Translations under genes and position numbers: made by a program
NCBI GenBank assembly: GCA_022793895.1
Contig: JAAWDS010000040.1
Location: forward strand, 442-64,441
Length of the DNA: 64,000 nt
Direction of reading: 5' to 3'
From: Provencibacterium sp.
Lineage (GTDB): Bacteria > Bacillota > Clostridia > Oscillospirales > Ruminococcaceae
The notes under the pieces: model-generated
The model's database searches: none
The model's input: the letters and a program-made list of their open reading frames with translations, nothing else
What the model was told of the DNA's origin: nothing
In this document: piece by piece, positions 31,412 to 40,562 of the stretch
How positions within the stretch are numbered: position 1 is the first letter of the stretch
Layout of the letters: each line of letters opens with the position of its first letter

Positions 31412-32239
31412 ATGGTCACAAGAATGAAAGCTAAATTTGCATCCGTTCCCTACCTCGTCTGGATAGTGATCTTTACCATTATCCCGATGCTGTTGATTAT
31501 CGTTTTTGCCTTCACCTCCCCGGAGGGGAGCTTTACCATCGCCAACATCTCCGCCGTCGGGCGCTATACCGATGTGATTATGAAATCCATCTGGCTGGCG
31601 GCGGTGGCAACGGCCGTTTGCCTCTTGCTTTCTTATCCGTTCGCCTATATCCTCTCCCGCCGTCCGGCGCGCCAGCAGCAGGTCTCGCTGATGCTCATCA
31701 TGCTGCCGATGTGGATGAGCTTCTTACTGCGTACCTTCGCTTGGATGACGCTGCTGGAAAAGACCGGCCTTATCAACCGGATGCTGGGCGTTTTCGGCGT
31801 TGGGCCGCTGGAGATGATCAACACCTCCGGCGCGGTCGTGCTCGGCATGGTGTATAACTACATGCCGTTTATGATCCTGCCGCTGCACTCGGTCATGATG
31901 AAGATCGACAATTCGATCATCGAGGCCGCGCAGGATCTGGGCGCGAGCCCGATGCGCGTCTTTTTCCGGGTGGTGCTGCCGCTCTCCTTCCCCGGCGTTT
32001 CCAGCGGGATAACGATGGTGTTCGTCCCGGCGGTCAGCACCTTCATCATCTCCCGCATGCTCGGCGGCGGCTCGAACCTGATGATCGGGGATCTCATCGA
32101 TATGCAGTTTTTGGGCAACGCCTATAACCCCCACCTGGGCTCGGCGATTTCGCTGGTGCTCATGGTGATCATCCTGCTGTGCATGAGCATTATGAACCAA
32201 TTTGATGATGATGTGGACATGGAAGGGGCGATCCTATGA
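31412..32239 (+). CDS. potB: Spermidine/putrescine ABC transporter permease PotB
   Basis: Six-TM permease with the EAAxxLG loop (IEAAQDLGASPMRVFFRVVLP). AAAGGAG RBS before ATG 31412. Confidence 0.88.
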   Translation: MVTRMKAKFASVPYLVWIVIFTIIPMLLIIVFAFTSPEGSFTIANISAVGRYTDVIMKSIWLAAVATAVCLLLSYPFAYILSRRPARQQQVSLMLIMLPMWMSFLLRTFAWMTLLEKTGLINRMLGVFGVGPLEMINTSGAVVLGMVYNYMPFMILPLHSVMMKIDNSIIEAAQDLGASPMRVFFRVVLPLSFPGVSSGITMVFVPAVSTFIISRMLGGGSNLMIGDLIDMQFLGNAYNPHLGSAISLVLMVIILLCMSIMNQFDDDVDMEGAIL

Positions 32240-33054
32240 ACCGCCACAAGGGGCTTTCCCGCGCTTACACCGCCGTCGTCCTGGCGTTTCTCTATCTGCC
32301 GATCCTGGTATTGATTGTATTTTCGTTTAATAAAAACAAGTCGCGCGGCGCCTGGACCGGGTTTACGCTGGACTGGTACCGCAAGCTCTTCACCAACGAC
32401 ATGATTCTTACCGCCTTCATGAACACCCTTATCGTTGCGGTTGTCTCTTCAATTTTTGCGACGGTGATCGGCACGGCGGCGGCCATCGGCATCAACAGCA
32501 TGAACCGCTGGATGAAAAAGTCCTTGCGCACCCTGACCTATATCCCGATCATGTCGCCGGAGATCATCATGGGCGTTTCGCTCATGCTGCTGTTCGTCTT
32601 TCTGCGCACCGAGCTGGGGCTGCCGCTGGAGATGGGGCTGTGCACCCTCATCCTCTCGCACATCACCTTTAATATCCCTTATGTGATCTTCAACGTCCTC
32701 CCCAAGCTGCGCCAGATGGATAAATATGCCTATGACGCGGCGCTCGATCTCGGCTGCAACCCCTGGCAGGCGTTTTATAAGGTGGTCATTCCGGAGATTA
32801 TGCCGGGCATTACCGCCGGTTTCCTGATGGCTGTCACCTATTCGCTGGATGATTTCGTGATCAGCTATTTTACCGCCGGTCCTACCTCCCAAACGCTGCC
32901 GCTGGCCATCTGGGGACAGCTGCGCCGGCGCGTTTCTCCGGAGATGAACGCTCTTTCGGCCATCGTCTTTGTGGTGGTGCTGGCTTTGCTGGTGGCCGGG
33001 AATTTCTCGGCTATCCGCCGCGAGAACCGGGACAGAAAGGCGGTGGGCAGATGA
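32236..33054 (+). CDS. potC: Spermidine/putrescine ABC transporter permease PotC
   Basis: Permease with YDAALDLGCNPWQAFYKVVIPEI. 4-nt overlap with potB. Confidence 0.88.
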   Translation: MNRHKGLSRAYTAVVLAFLYLPILVLIVFSFNKNKSRGAWTGFTLDWYRKLFTNDMILTAFMNTLIVAVVSSIFATVIGTAAAIGINSMNRWMKKSLRTLTYIPIMSPEIIMGVSLMLLFVFLRTELGLPLEMGLCTLILSHITFNIPYVIFNVLPKLRQMDKYAYDAALDLGCNPWQAFYKVVIPEIMPGITAGFLMAVTYSLDDFVISYFTAGPTSQTLPLAIWGQLRRRVSPEMNALSAIVFVVVLALLVAGNFSAIRRENRDRKAVGR

Positions 33055-34403
33055 AAAGGGAAAAATCATCCTCCGACGTCCTTTGGAGCTGCTTTTTGCT
33101 GCGCAGCTGCGCCGGCGTCCAGGGAGGCTTTGCGCCTACCGGCGGGTGGAGAATGCCGGCGGGATCCGGCCGGGGACGCTCGGTGCTTCAGCGTTCGCTT
33201 TCGCTGCTGCTGTCCGGCCTCTGCTGCCTGGCGCTGCTCTCCCTTCCCGTCCGGGCCGAAGAGGAGACGGGCTTTGATCTGGACTACTATGGCCGCTTCC
33301 GGGGGCAGAACCTTTCGATCAACGTTTTCAACTGGGGCGAGTATATCTCCGACGGGTCGGACGGTTCGCTCAACGTCAACAAGGCGTTTGAGGAGCTGAC
33401 CGGCATCACCGTCAACTATGCGACCTTTGCCACCAACGAGGAGCTCTATTCCAAGCTCAAGGGCGGCGGGGCGCGGTATGACATCGTTATCCCCTCCGAT
33501 TACATGGTGGCGCGGATGATCGAGGAGGGGATGCTGGAACCGCTGGATTTTGCGAACATCCCCAATTTTGAAAATATCTATCCGCAGTACCGGAACCCGG
33601 AATACGACCCGGAGAACCTCTATTCGGTGCCCTATACCGCCGGAACGGTCGGCATTATCTATAACACGACGCGGGTACAGGAGCCGGTGGAGAGCTGGGG
33701 GATCCTCTGGGATGAACGCTACAGCGGGGATATTCTGATGTTTTCCAACTCCCGCGACGCCTTCGGCGTTGCGGAAAAATACCTCGGCTTCTCGCTCAAC
33801 ACCACCGATCCGGCGGAATTGACCGCCTGCGCGAACCTGCTGCTGGAGCAGAAGCCGCTGGTGCAGGCGTATGTTATGGACGAGATTTTCGATAAGATGA
33901 TCTCCGGCGAGGCGGCCATTGCGCCCTACTATGCGGGCGATTACCTCACAATGGCCGATACCAACGAGGATTTGGCCTTCTCCATTCCGAAGGAGGGAAC
34001 CAACCTGTTTGTGGATGCTATCTGCATCCCAAAGGGTGCGCAGCAGAAGGAGGCGGCCGAAATGTACGTCAACTTCATGTGTGAGGGAACGGTAGCGGCC
34101 GATAACATTACTTATATCGGCTATACCACCCCCAATTCTGCGGCCTATGCGCTGCTGGATCCAGAAATCCAGGAGGATCCGGTCAGCTATCCGCCCGCGG
34201 AGGTGCTGGAGAATACCGAGCCGTTCCTTGCCTTGGACCAGGAAACGGGCCTCTTGCTGGACAGCCTTTGGACTGAGGTGCTTACCACCGACAGCGGCTA
34301 TAACAAATGGGCGATGCCGGTGTTTGTGGTTGTAGCGGTGGCGCTCTCCATTTCATTAACGCTGGTCAGGCGCTGGCGCAAAAAGCGCGATCAGTTTAAA
34401 TAA
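33051..34403 (+). CDS. potD: Spermidine/putrescine-binding protein PotD with N-terminal signal/TM and C-terminal TM anchor
   Basis: PotD-like core (NVFNWGEYI...YDIVIPSDYM...YTAGTVGIIYN...). The C-terminus WAMPVFVVVAVALSISLTLVRRWRKKRDQFK is a hydrophobic helix plus a basic tail. ATGA overlap with the potC stop. Confidence 0.85.
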   Translation: MKREKSSSDVLWSCFLLRSCAGVQGGFAPTGGWRMPAGSGRGRSVLQRSLSLLLSGLCCLALLSLPVRAEEETGFDLDYYGRFRGQNLSINVFNWGEYISDGSDGSLNVNKAFEELTGITVNYATFATNEELYSKLKGGGARYDIVIPSDYMVARMIEEGMLEPLDFANIPNFENIYPQYRNPEYDPENLYSVPYTAGTVGIIYNTTRVQEPVESWGILWDERYSGDILMFSNSRDAFGVAEKYLGFSLNTTDPAELTACANLLLEQKPLVQAYVMDEIFDKMISGEAAIAPYYAGDYLTMADTNEDLAFSIPKEGTNLFVDAICIPKGAQQKEAAEMYVNFMCEGTVAADNITYIGYTTPNSAAYALLDPEIQEDPVSYPPAEVLENTEPFLALDQETGLLLDSLWTEVLTTDSGYNKWAMPVFVVVAVALSISLTLVRRWRKKRDQFK

Positions 34404-34440
34404 AGCCCTTTCGCCGCTTGAGGGCTTGCTTGCAGAAAAG

Positions 34441-34508
34441 GGAGCCGCCTGCAAAGGCGCGAGGAACGTAAGGTTCTTTTCGCGTTTTGCAGGCGGCTCC
34501 TCTTTTTT
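34441..34508 (+). terminator. Rho-independent terminator after potD
   Basis: 15-bp stem ggagccgcctgcaaa/tttgcaggcggctcc followed by tctttttt. Confidence 0.8.
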
Positions 34509-34606
34509 CGCCGCACAAAAAACGGTTCCGCTATAGCGGCTGCCGGCGCGGAAAATAAAGAGCAGATGCGTCCAATCTGTTAAAACTTTGCGATCCCTGC
34601 CCGCGG

Positions 34607-34647
34607 TGTTGACAGAAGGACGAAAAAAGGTTAATATTGTTAACAAT
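34607..34647 (+). promoter_or_regulatory. Candidate promoter TTGACA-17-TAATAT overlapping the 12-bp palindrome ATTGTTAACAAT (likely MarR operator)
   Basis: -35 at 34607-12 and -10 at 34630-35, with the perfect palindrome at 34636-34647 immediately downstream, about 90 nt upstream of marR. Confidence 0.55.
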
Positions 34648-34734
34648 GTTCGTTTTAATAGGGAAGAATCAGCGATTGGAAAGGGGAGAGCGTTCCGCTT
34701 CAGGAGGCTCTCTCCCCTGATTTTATAGAAAGGT

Positions 34735-35199
34735 ATGGTTTTACATATGCAGTATCCAAGCGGTATACACTTAATGGAGGTGTTCGGCCTTCTGCGCTAT
34801 ATGCGGGATCTATTTCCGCCGAAAATGCCGCTGCCTATCTGCGAGTGCATGCTGCTGCAAGCGATTTCGGAAACGGAGGGCGGCGGACAGAAGGGCCGGA
34901 GGGTTTCGGAGCTGGGCGCGCAGATTCACATGGCGATGCCGGCTGCCTCTCGGATCCTCGGTTCCTTCGAACAGAAGGGGCTGATCGTCCGCCGGATCGA
35001 CGAGGGCGATCGCCGCGCGGTCTATATCCGCTTAACGCCGGAGGGAGAGCAGAAGCTGGAAGAGATCCGGCGTTTTGTATATGCCCATTTGGACGGTATT
35101 GCGCAGCAGTTTGGGGAGGAGAATATCTGCGCCCTTGAAAAGCTGCTGCGCCAGCTGCTGGGACTGATTCCCGGACACACGGGGAAGGAGAAGGGTTAA
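34735..35199 (+). CDS. MarR family transcriptional regulator
   Basis: wHTH pattern RVSELGAQIHMAMPAASRILGSFEQKGLIVRRIDEGDRRAVYIRLTPEG. Its stop overlaps the ABC gene start (TAATG). Confidence 0.85.
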   Translation: MVLHMQYPSGIHLMEVFGLLRYMRDLFPPKMPLPICECMLLQAISETEGGGQKGRRVSELGAQIHMAMPAASRILGSFEQKGLIVRRIDEGDRRAVYIRLTPEGEQKLEEIRRFVYAHLDGIAQQFGEENICALEKLLRQLLGLIPGHTGKEKG

Positions 35200-37280
35200 T
35201 GCGTTTGGTTTTTCGTTATCTCAAGCCTTACCGACTCATGGCGGCTCTCTGCATCCTGCTGCTTTTTACCCAGGCTATCTGCGATCTGAGCCTTCCGGGG
35301 CGGATGTCGCAGATCGTAAACGTGGGTATCCAGCAGGGAGGGATTGACGAGCCGCTCCCCGAAGCGTTGAGCGCCCCGGCGATGGAGCTGGTTTCTGCCG
35401 CGGCCGGGGAGGAGGCCGCAGCCTTCCGCGCCGCTTATGGGCCGGCCGGAGAGAAGGAGGCGGCGCGCTATCCTTATGCGGGGGAAATCTATCTTCTGCG
35501 GGAGGAAAGCGGCGGCGCGGAAGCCGCCTACCGCCGGGCCGCCGCCGCGCTCATGGCCTCCCAGCCCGCGGATACCGCCGCGCTCTATGCGGCGGGAGTA
35601 CCCTCCGGCGGCGCGGGGGCGGGAGACGGGAACAGCGCCGTGCGGCTCACCCGCCTTCTCTACAGCGAGCTGGGGATGGATCTCGGCTGGCGGCAGACCT
35701 CCTCCATCCTGTGGATTGGTTTGCAAATGCTGCTGCTGACCCTGGCGGGCGCGGCGGCTGCTATCGGCGTTGGCTTCTGCGCCGCGCGGATTGCGGCGGG
35801 CTGTGCGCGCAGCATCCGGCACGATGTTTTCAGCCGGGTGGAGAGCTTTTCCGGGGCGGAATTTGACCGGTTCTCCACCGCCTCGCTCATCACCCGCACA
35901 ACCAACGACGTCAGCCAGGTGCAGGGCTTAATCATGATGGGGCTGCGGATGGTGTGCTATGCGCCGATCATGGGGATCGGCGGCGTCGTTATGGCGCTGA
36001 GTTCGAGCGTTTCGATGAGCTGGATCATTGCGCTGGGGGTCCTTATCCTCGTTGGGATGATTATGCTGGTTAACGCGATTGTCCGCCCGCGCTTCCAGCG
36101 CATGCAGAAGCTGACGGACCGGCTCAACCTGGTTGCGCGCGACAACCTGAGCGGCATGCTGGTGGTGCGCGCCTTCGGCGCCCAGAAGCTGGAGGAGAAG
36201 CGCTTTGAAACGGCGAACCGGGATCTCACCGGCAACCAGCTTTTTGTCAACCGGCTGATGAGCTTTATGATGCCGGCCACGATGCTCTTGATGAATGGGA
36301 TTCAACTGATCATCGTCCTGGTGGGCGCCCGCCAGATCGGGCAGTCCGCCCTTCAGGTCGGCGATATGATGGCCTTTATGCAGTATGCCATGCAGATCGT
36401 GATGGCCTTCTTAATGATCTCGATGATCTTCATCATGCTGCCGCGCGCCGCCGTTTCGGCCGAACGGCTGGACGAAGTGATGGAAACGGCCCCCTCTATC
36501 CGCGACCCGGAGAACCCCCGCACGCTGGGCGGCCGGGCGAAAGGGGAAATCCGCTTTGAAAATGTCTCCTTCCGTTACCCCGGCGCCGAGGACGATGTGT
36601 TAGCCGGCGTCAGCTTCACCGCCCGCCCCGGCCAGACGACCGCCTTCATCGGGGCGACCGGGTCGGGGAAATCGACCCTCGTCAGCCTCATCCCGCGTTT
36701 TTATGAGGCGACACAGGGCCGCATCCTGCTGGACGGGGTGGATATCCGGGAGCTGCGGCAGCAGGAGCTGCGGAAAAATATCGGCTTTGTCCCGCAGAAG
36801 GGGGTGCTCTTCAGCGGGGACGTTGCCTCCAACCTGCGCTATGGCGCGCCGGAGGCCGGGGATGGGGAACTGGAAGAGGCGGCGGCGGTGGCGCAGGCCG
36901 GGGAATTTATCGCCGCGGCGGGCGGGCTGCACGCCCCCATTGCGCAGGGCGGCTCGAACGTTTCGGGCGGGCAGAAACAGCGTCTGGCGATCGCGCGCGC
37001 CCTGGCGCTGAAGGCCCCGGTTTATATCTTTGACGACAGCTTTTCCGCCCTGGACTTTAAGACCGACGCCGCTTTGCGGCGCGCCCTGCACGCCTATACC
37101 GGCGAGAGCACCGTTTTGATCGTCGCCCAGCGGGTGAGCACCATTATGAACGCCGGGCAGATCATTGTGCTGGAGGATGGGCGCATTGCGGGGATGGGAA
37201 CGCACCGGGAGCTGTTGAAGAGCTGCCCGGCTTACCAGGAGATTGCCCGCAGCCAGCTTTCAGAGGAGGAATTGGCATGA
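35199..37280 (+). CDS. ABC transporter ATP-binding/permease (exporter half-transporter) with enlarged Ala-rich first extracellular loop
   Basis: TMD plus NBD: GATGSGKST, VSGGQKQRLAIARAL, IFDDSFSALD. About 130 aa lie between TM1 and TM2. Confidence 0.88.
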   Translation: MRLVFRYLKPYRLMAALCILLLFTQAICDLSLPGRMSQIVNVGIQQGGIDEPLPEALSAPAMELVSAAAGEEAAAFRAAYGPAGEKEAARYPYAGEIYLLREESGGAEAAYRRAAAALMASQPADTAALYAAGVPSGGAGAGDGNSAVRLTRLLYSELGMDLGWRQTSSILWIGLQMLLLTLAGAAAAIGVGFCAARIAAGCARSIRHDVFSRVESFSGAEFDRFSTASLITRTTNDVSQVQGLIMMGLRMVCYAPIMGIGGVVMALSSSVSMSWIIALGVLILVGMIMLVNAIVRPRFQRMQKLTDRLNLVARDNLSGMLVVRAFGAQKLEEKRFETANRDLTGNQLFVNRLMSFMMPATMLLMNGIQLIIVLVGARQIGQSALQVGDMMAFMQYAMQIVMAFLMISMIFIMLPRAAVSAERLDEVMETAPSIRDPENPRTLGGRAKGEIRFENVSFRYPGAEDDVLAGVSFTARPGQTTAFIGATGSGKSTLVSLIPRFYEATQGRILLDGVDIRELRQQELRKNIGFVPQKGVLFSGDVASNLRYGAPEAGDGELEEAAAVAQAGEFIAAAGGLHAPIAQGGSNVSGGQKQRLAIARALALKAPVYIFDDSFSALDFKTDAALRRALHAYTGESTVLIVAQRVSTIMNAGQIIVLEDGRIAGMGTHRELLKSCPAYQEIARSQLSEEELA

Positions 37281-39136
37281 GCAGACATGGACACGGCCCC
37301 TCCGGGCCGCCCATACGGAAGGCCAAGGACTTTAAAGGCAGCTTAAAGCAGCTCGTCCGTTATCTGGCGCGCTACCGGGTGCGGATTATCATTGTGATGC
37401 TGTTTGCAATGGCCTCAACGGTTTTTTCGATCTATGGGCCGAAGATCCTTGGCGAAGCGACCACCGAGATCTTTAACGGCGTAATGGCGCACATCTCCGG
37501 CGCGGGGGGCGGAATCGACTTCGCCCGTCTGGGACAGATCCTTCTCTTCCTGCTGATCCTCTATCTCGTCAGCGCCGGCTTCTCCTACCTGCAATCGTTC
37601 ATCATGGCGGGCGTTTCCACGCGGATCACCTATTCGCTGCGCGGCGAAATCCAAACGAAGATCGGGCGGATGCCGCTCTCCTACTTCGACCGGGTCAGCC
37701 ACGGCGAGGTGCTCTCGCGCATTACCAACGATGTGGATACCCTCAGCCAGACGTTGCAGCAGTCGATTACCCAGATAATCACCTCGCTGACCTCCTTCGT
37801 CGGCATCCTGTACATGATGCTGACCATCTCCTGGCAGCTCACGCTGGTGGCGCTGTGCACCGTTCCGGCTTCCATGGCGTTTGTTTCGTTCATCGTGCGC
37901 CGTTCGCAGAAATATTTTGTCCGCCAGCAGGAGTATCTCGGCCATGTCAACGGCCACATTGAAGAGCTGTATGGCGGGCATACGGTTATGAAGGCGTTCT
38001 GTGGGGAGGAGGCTTCCATCCGGCAGTTCGATGCGCTGAACGAAACCCTCTATACCACCGCTTGGAAATCCCAATTCCTCTCGACCCTGATGCACCCGGT
38101 CATCAACCTCGTTTCCAACATCGGCTATGTGGTGGTCTGCATTCTGGGCGGCTGGCTGGCCGCGGCGGGGAGCCTCACCGTCGGCGGGATACAGGCGTTT
38201 ATTCAATATGTGCGCCAGTTTAACCAGCCCATCGCCCAGCTGGGCAACATCTCCAACGTTTTGCAGCAGACGGCCGCCGCGGCCGAGCGGGTGTTTGAAT
38301 TTCTGAATGAGCCGGAGGAGGAGCCGGATCATCCGCGGGTCCATTTGGAGGGCCCGGAGGAGAGCCGGGTGAAAATCGAGGGACGGGTAGAGTTCCAGCA
38401 TGTCCGCTTTGGCTACACGCCGGAGAAGGTTGTTATCCACGATTTCAGCGCCCGGATAGAACCCGGACAGAAGGTGGCGATTGTCGGCCCGACCGGCGCG
38501 GGGAAAACCACGATGGTCAAGCTCTTAATGCGCTTTTATGAGGTCGGCGGCGGCGCTATCCGCATTGACGGCCACGATATCCGCGATTTTACCCGCGACG
38601 AGGTGCGTTCCCTCTTTGGAATGGTGTTGCAGGACACCTGGCTTTACAGCGATACCATCCGGGAAAATATCCGCTATGGCCGGCCCGATGCGTCCGATGA
38701 AGAGGTAGCGGCGGCCGCCAGAGCTGCGCAGGCCGACCACTTTATCCGCACCCTGCCCGGCGCTTACGACATGGTGCTCAACGAGGAGGCCAGCAACGTT
38801 TCGCAGGGGCAGAAGCAGCTTTTGACCATTGCGCGCGCCATCCTTTCCGAGCCGAAGATTTTGATTCTGGATGAAGCGACCAGTTCGGTCGATACCCGCA
38901 CCGAGCTGCTCATACAGAGGGCGATGGATAACCTCATGCGGGGACGCACCAGCTTCATCATCGCCCACCGGCTTTCCACCATCCGCGACGCCGATCTCAT
39001 CCTCTGCATGCGCGGCGGCGACATTGTGGAGCAGGGCTCTCATGAGGAGCTCCTGCGCCGCGGCGGGTTCTATGCGGAGCTCTATCAAAGCCAGTTTGAA
39101 CGCCCGTCGCAGGGCGCTGGGGAAGCTGCAAAATGA
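37277..39136 (+). CDS. ABC transporter ATP-binding/permease (exporter half-transporter, partner of the preceding gene)
   Basis: GPTGAGKTT, VSQGQKQLLTIARAI, LILDEATSSVD. 4-nt overlap with the upstream gene. Confidence 0.9.
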   Translation: MSRHGHGPSGPPIRKAKDFKGSLKQLVRYLARYRVRIIIVMLFAMASTVFSIYGPKILGEATTEIFNGVMAHISGAGGGIDFARLGQILLFLLILYLVSAGFSYLQSFIMAGVSTRITYSLRGEIQTKIGRMPLSYFDRVSHGEVLSRITNDVDTLSQTLQQSITQIITSLTSFVGILYMMLTISWQLTLVALCTVPASMAFVSFIVRRSQKYFVRQQEYLGHVNGHIEELYGGHTVMKAFCGEEASIRQFDALNETLYTTAWKSQFLSTLMHPVINLVSNIGYVVVCILGGWLAAAGSLTVGGIQAFIQYVRQFNQPIAQLGNISNVLQQTAAAAERVFEFLNEPEEEPDHPRVHLEGPEESRVKIEGRVEFQHVRFGYTPEKVVIHDFSARIEPGQKVAIVGPTGAGKTTMVKLLMRFYEVGGGAIRIDGHDIRDFTRDEVRSLFGMVLQDTWLYSDTIRENIRYGRPDASDEEVAAAARAAQADHFIRTLPGAYDMVLNEEASNVSQGQKQLLTIARAILSEPKILILDEATSSVDTRTELLIQRAMDNLMRGRTSFIIAHRLSTIRDADLILCMRGGDIVEQGSHEELLRRGGFYAELYQSQFERPSQGAGEAAK

Positions 39137-39149
39137 AATCATTTTGCAG
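39126..39149. repeat. Perfect 11-bp-stem palindrome over the ABC gene stop codon
   Basis: ctgcaaaatga-aa-tcattttgcag. Confidence 0.8.
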
Positions 39150-39273
39150 CGCGCCCTTCCTACAGGCCGAAGGAGCGACTCGCCGGATGTCTTTTACAGG
39201 CTGGGGATACGTTGTTTGACAGCCTGTTCCATTTTGCAGCGCGCCCCAATTCGTTCTTTGTAGGAGGATACAC

Positions 39274-39717
39274 ATGAAAACGATGATTTTATATGCCTCG
39301 ACCCACCACGGGAACACCGAACGGGTCGTTAGGGCGGCGGCGGAAATCCTTGCGGCGGATGTGGCGGATATCGTCAAGGCCAGCCCGCCGGACCTCTCCG
39401 GCTATGACTGCATCGGTCTCGCCTCCGGCATCTACTTCGGCGCTTTTCACGAAAAAATCCGCGTATGGATAAGCGGCGCTGCGTTTGGGCCGCGGCAAAC
39501 GGCCTTTTTGATCTACACGTGTGGAATAAACTATACGGATTATACCAAAAGTATCCAAAAACAACTCAAAGAGAAGGGGATCTCCTGTGTGGGGAGCTTT
39601 TCGTGCAGGGGATATGATACCTTTGGAATTTTCGGAAGGCTGGGTGGGATTGCCAAGGGCCGTCCCAGCGATCGGGATCTGGAAAAAGCGAAAGCATTTG
39701 CCCGGAGTCTCCTGTAA
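39274..39717 (+). CDS. Flavodoxin family protein
   Basis: MKTMILYASTHHGNTERV...YDCIGLASGIYFG, a flavodoxin-like FMN-binding fold pattern. Confidence 0.8.
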   Translation: MKTMILYASTHHGNTERVVRAAAEILAADVADIVKASPPDLSGYDCIGLASGIYFGAFHEKIRVWISGAAFGPRQTAFLIYTCGINYTDYTKSIQKQLKEKGISCVGSFSCRGYDTFGIFGRLGGIAKGRPSDRDLEKAKAFARSLL

Positions 39718-39766
39718 GGGGAAGAAACGGCGGACGGGCTGCGAGGGAGAAAGGCGGTAAAGCCGG

Positions 39767-40489
39767 ATGGAGATCCGTTTTTTAGGGCACAGCGGTTTTC
39801 TGGTAGAAACGGGAGATCGGCTGTTGATTTTTGACGATGCGTTGGAGGGACCGTCGGATGGTTCTCTGGAGGAGGGGGTGATCCCTCCCTCCCTTCTGGA
39901 TGGGCGGGAAACGTTGGTTTTTGTTTCGCACTGGCACAGCGATCACTTTAACCCGGCTATCTTCCAGTGGCGGGCGGAGGGGAGAAGGATCGCCTATCTG
40001 CTCTCCAAGGATTGCCGGGTTCAAAAATACCAGGGGGAGGATATCCTCCGGCTGGGGGCTAATCAAAGCCTTGTGCTGAACGGGGTGGAGGTGCGTACCC
40101 TTCGTTCGACCGACGAGGGGGTAGCCTTTCTGGTCAAGACCGGCGGACGGACGCTGTACCATGCGGGGGATCTCAATTGGTGGCACTGGGAGGGGGAACC
40201 GGAGGAATTGAACCGGCAGATGGCCCGGCGTTACCAGGCGGAGATTGAAAAGCTAAAGGGAGAACCGATCGATCTGGCCTTCCTTCCGTTGGATCCGCGG
40301 CAGGGTTCCGCCTATCTTCTTGGCTTGGATGCGTTTATGCGTACCCTCCAGGTGGAAAAGGCTATTCCTATGCACTTCTGGGATCGCTATGAGGTTTTTG
40401 ACCAGATCGCCGCCGATCCGCGTTCGGCCCCTTACCGGGAGAAGATCCTGCGCCTTACCCGGCGGGGGGAACGGATCCTGCTGCCATAG
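39767..40489 (+). CDS. MBL-fold metallo-hydrolase
   Basis: FLGHSGFLVE...VSHWHSDHF...YHAGDLNWW, typical of the beta-lactamase-fold family. Confidence 0.8.
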   Translation: MEIRFLGHSGFLVETGDRLLIFDDALEGPSDGSLEEGVIPPSLLDGRETLVFVSHWHSDHFNPAIFQWRAEGRRIAYLLSKDCRVQKYQGEDILRLGANQSLVLNGVEVRTLRSTDEGVAFLVKTGGRTLYHAGDLNWWHWEGEPEELNRQMARRYQAEIEKLKGEPIDLAFLPLDPRQGSAYLLGLDAFMRTLQVEKAIPMHFWDRYEVFDQIAADPRSAPYREKILRLTRRGERILLP

Positions 40490-40513
40490 GAGGGAAAGAG
40501 CGCTTTTTCTGCA

Positions 40514-40562
40514 CAACAAGAGGCTATAAAAAACGCAAAGCGTTTTTTATAGCCTCTTGTTG
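40514..40562. terminator. 23-bp-stem perfect hairpin with AAAAACGC-NNN-GCGTTTTT core (bidirectional terminator)
   Basis: caacaagaggctataaaaaacgc-aaa-gcgttttttatagcctcttgttg. The 3' arm contains the last codons and stop of the 5-FCL gene. Confidence 0.8.
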
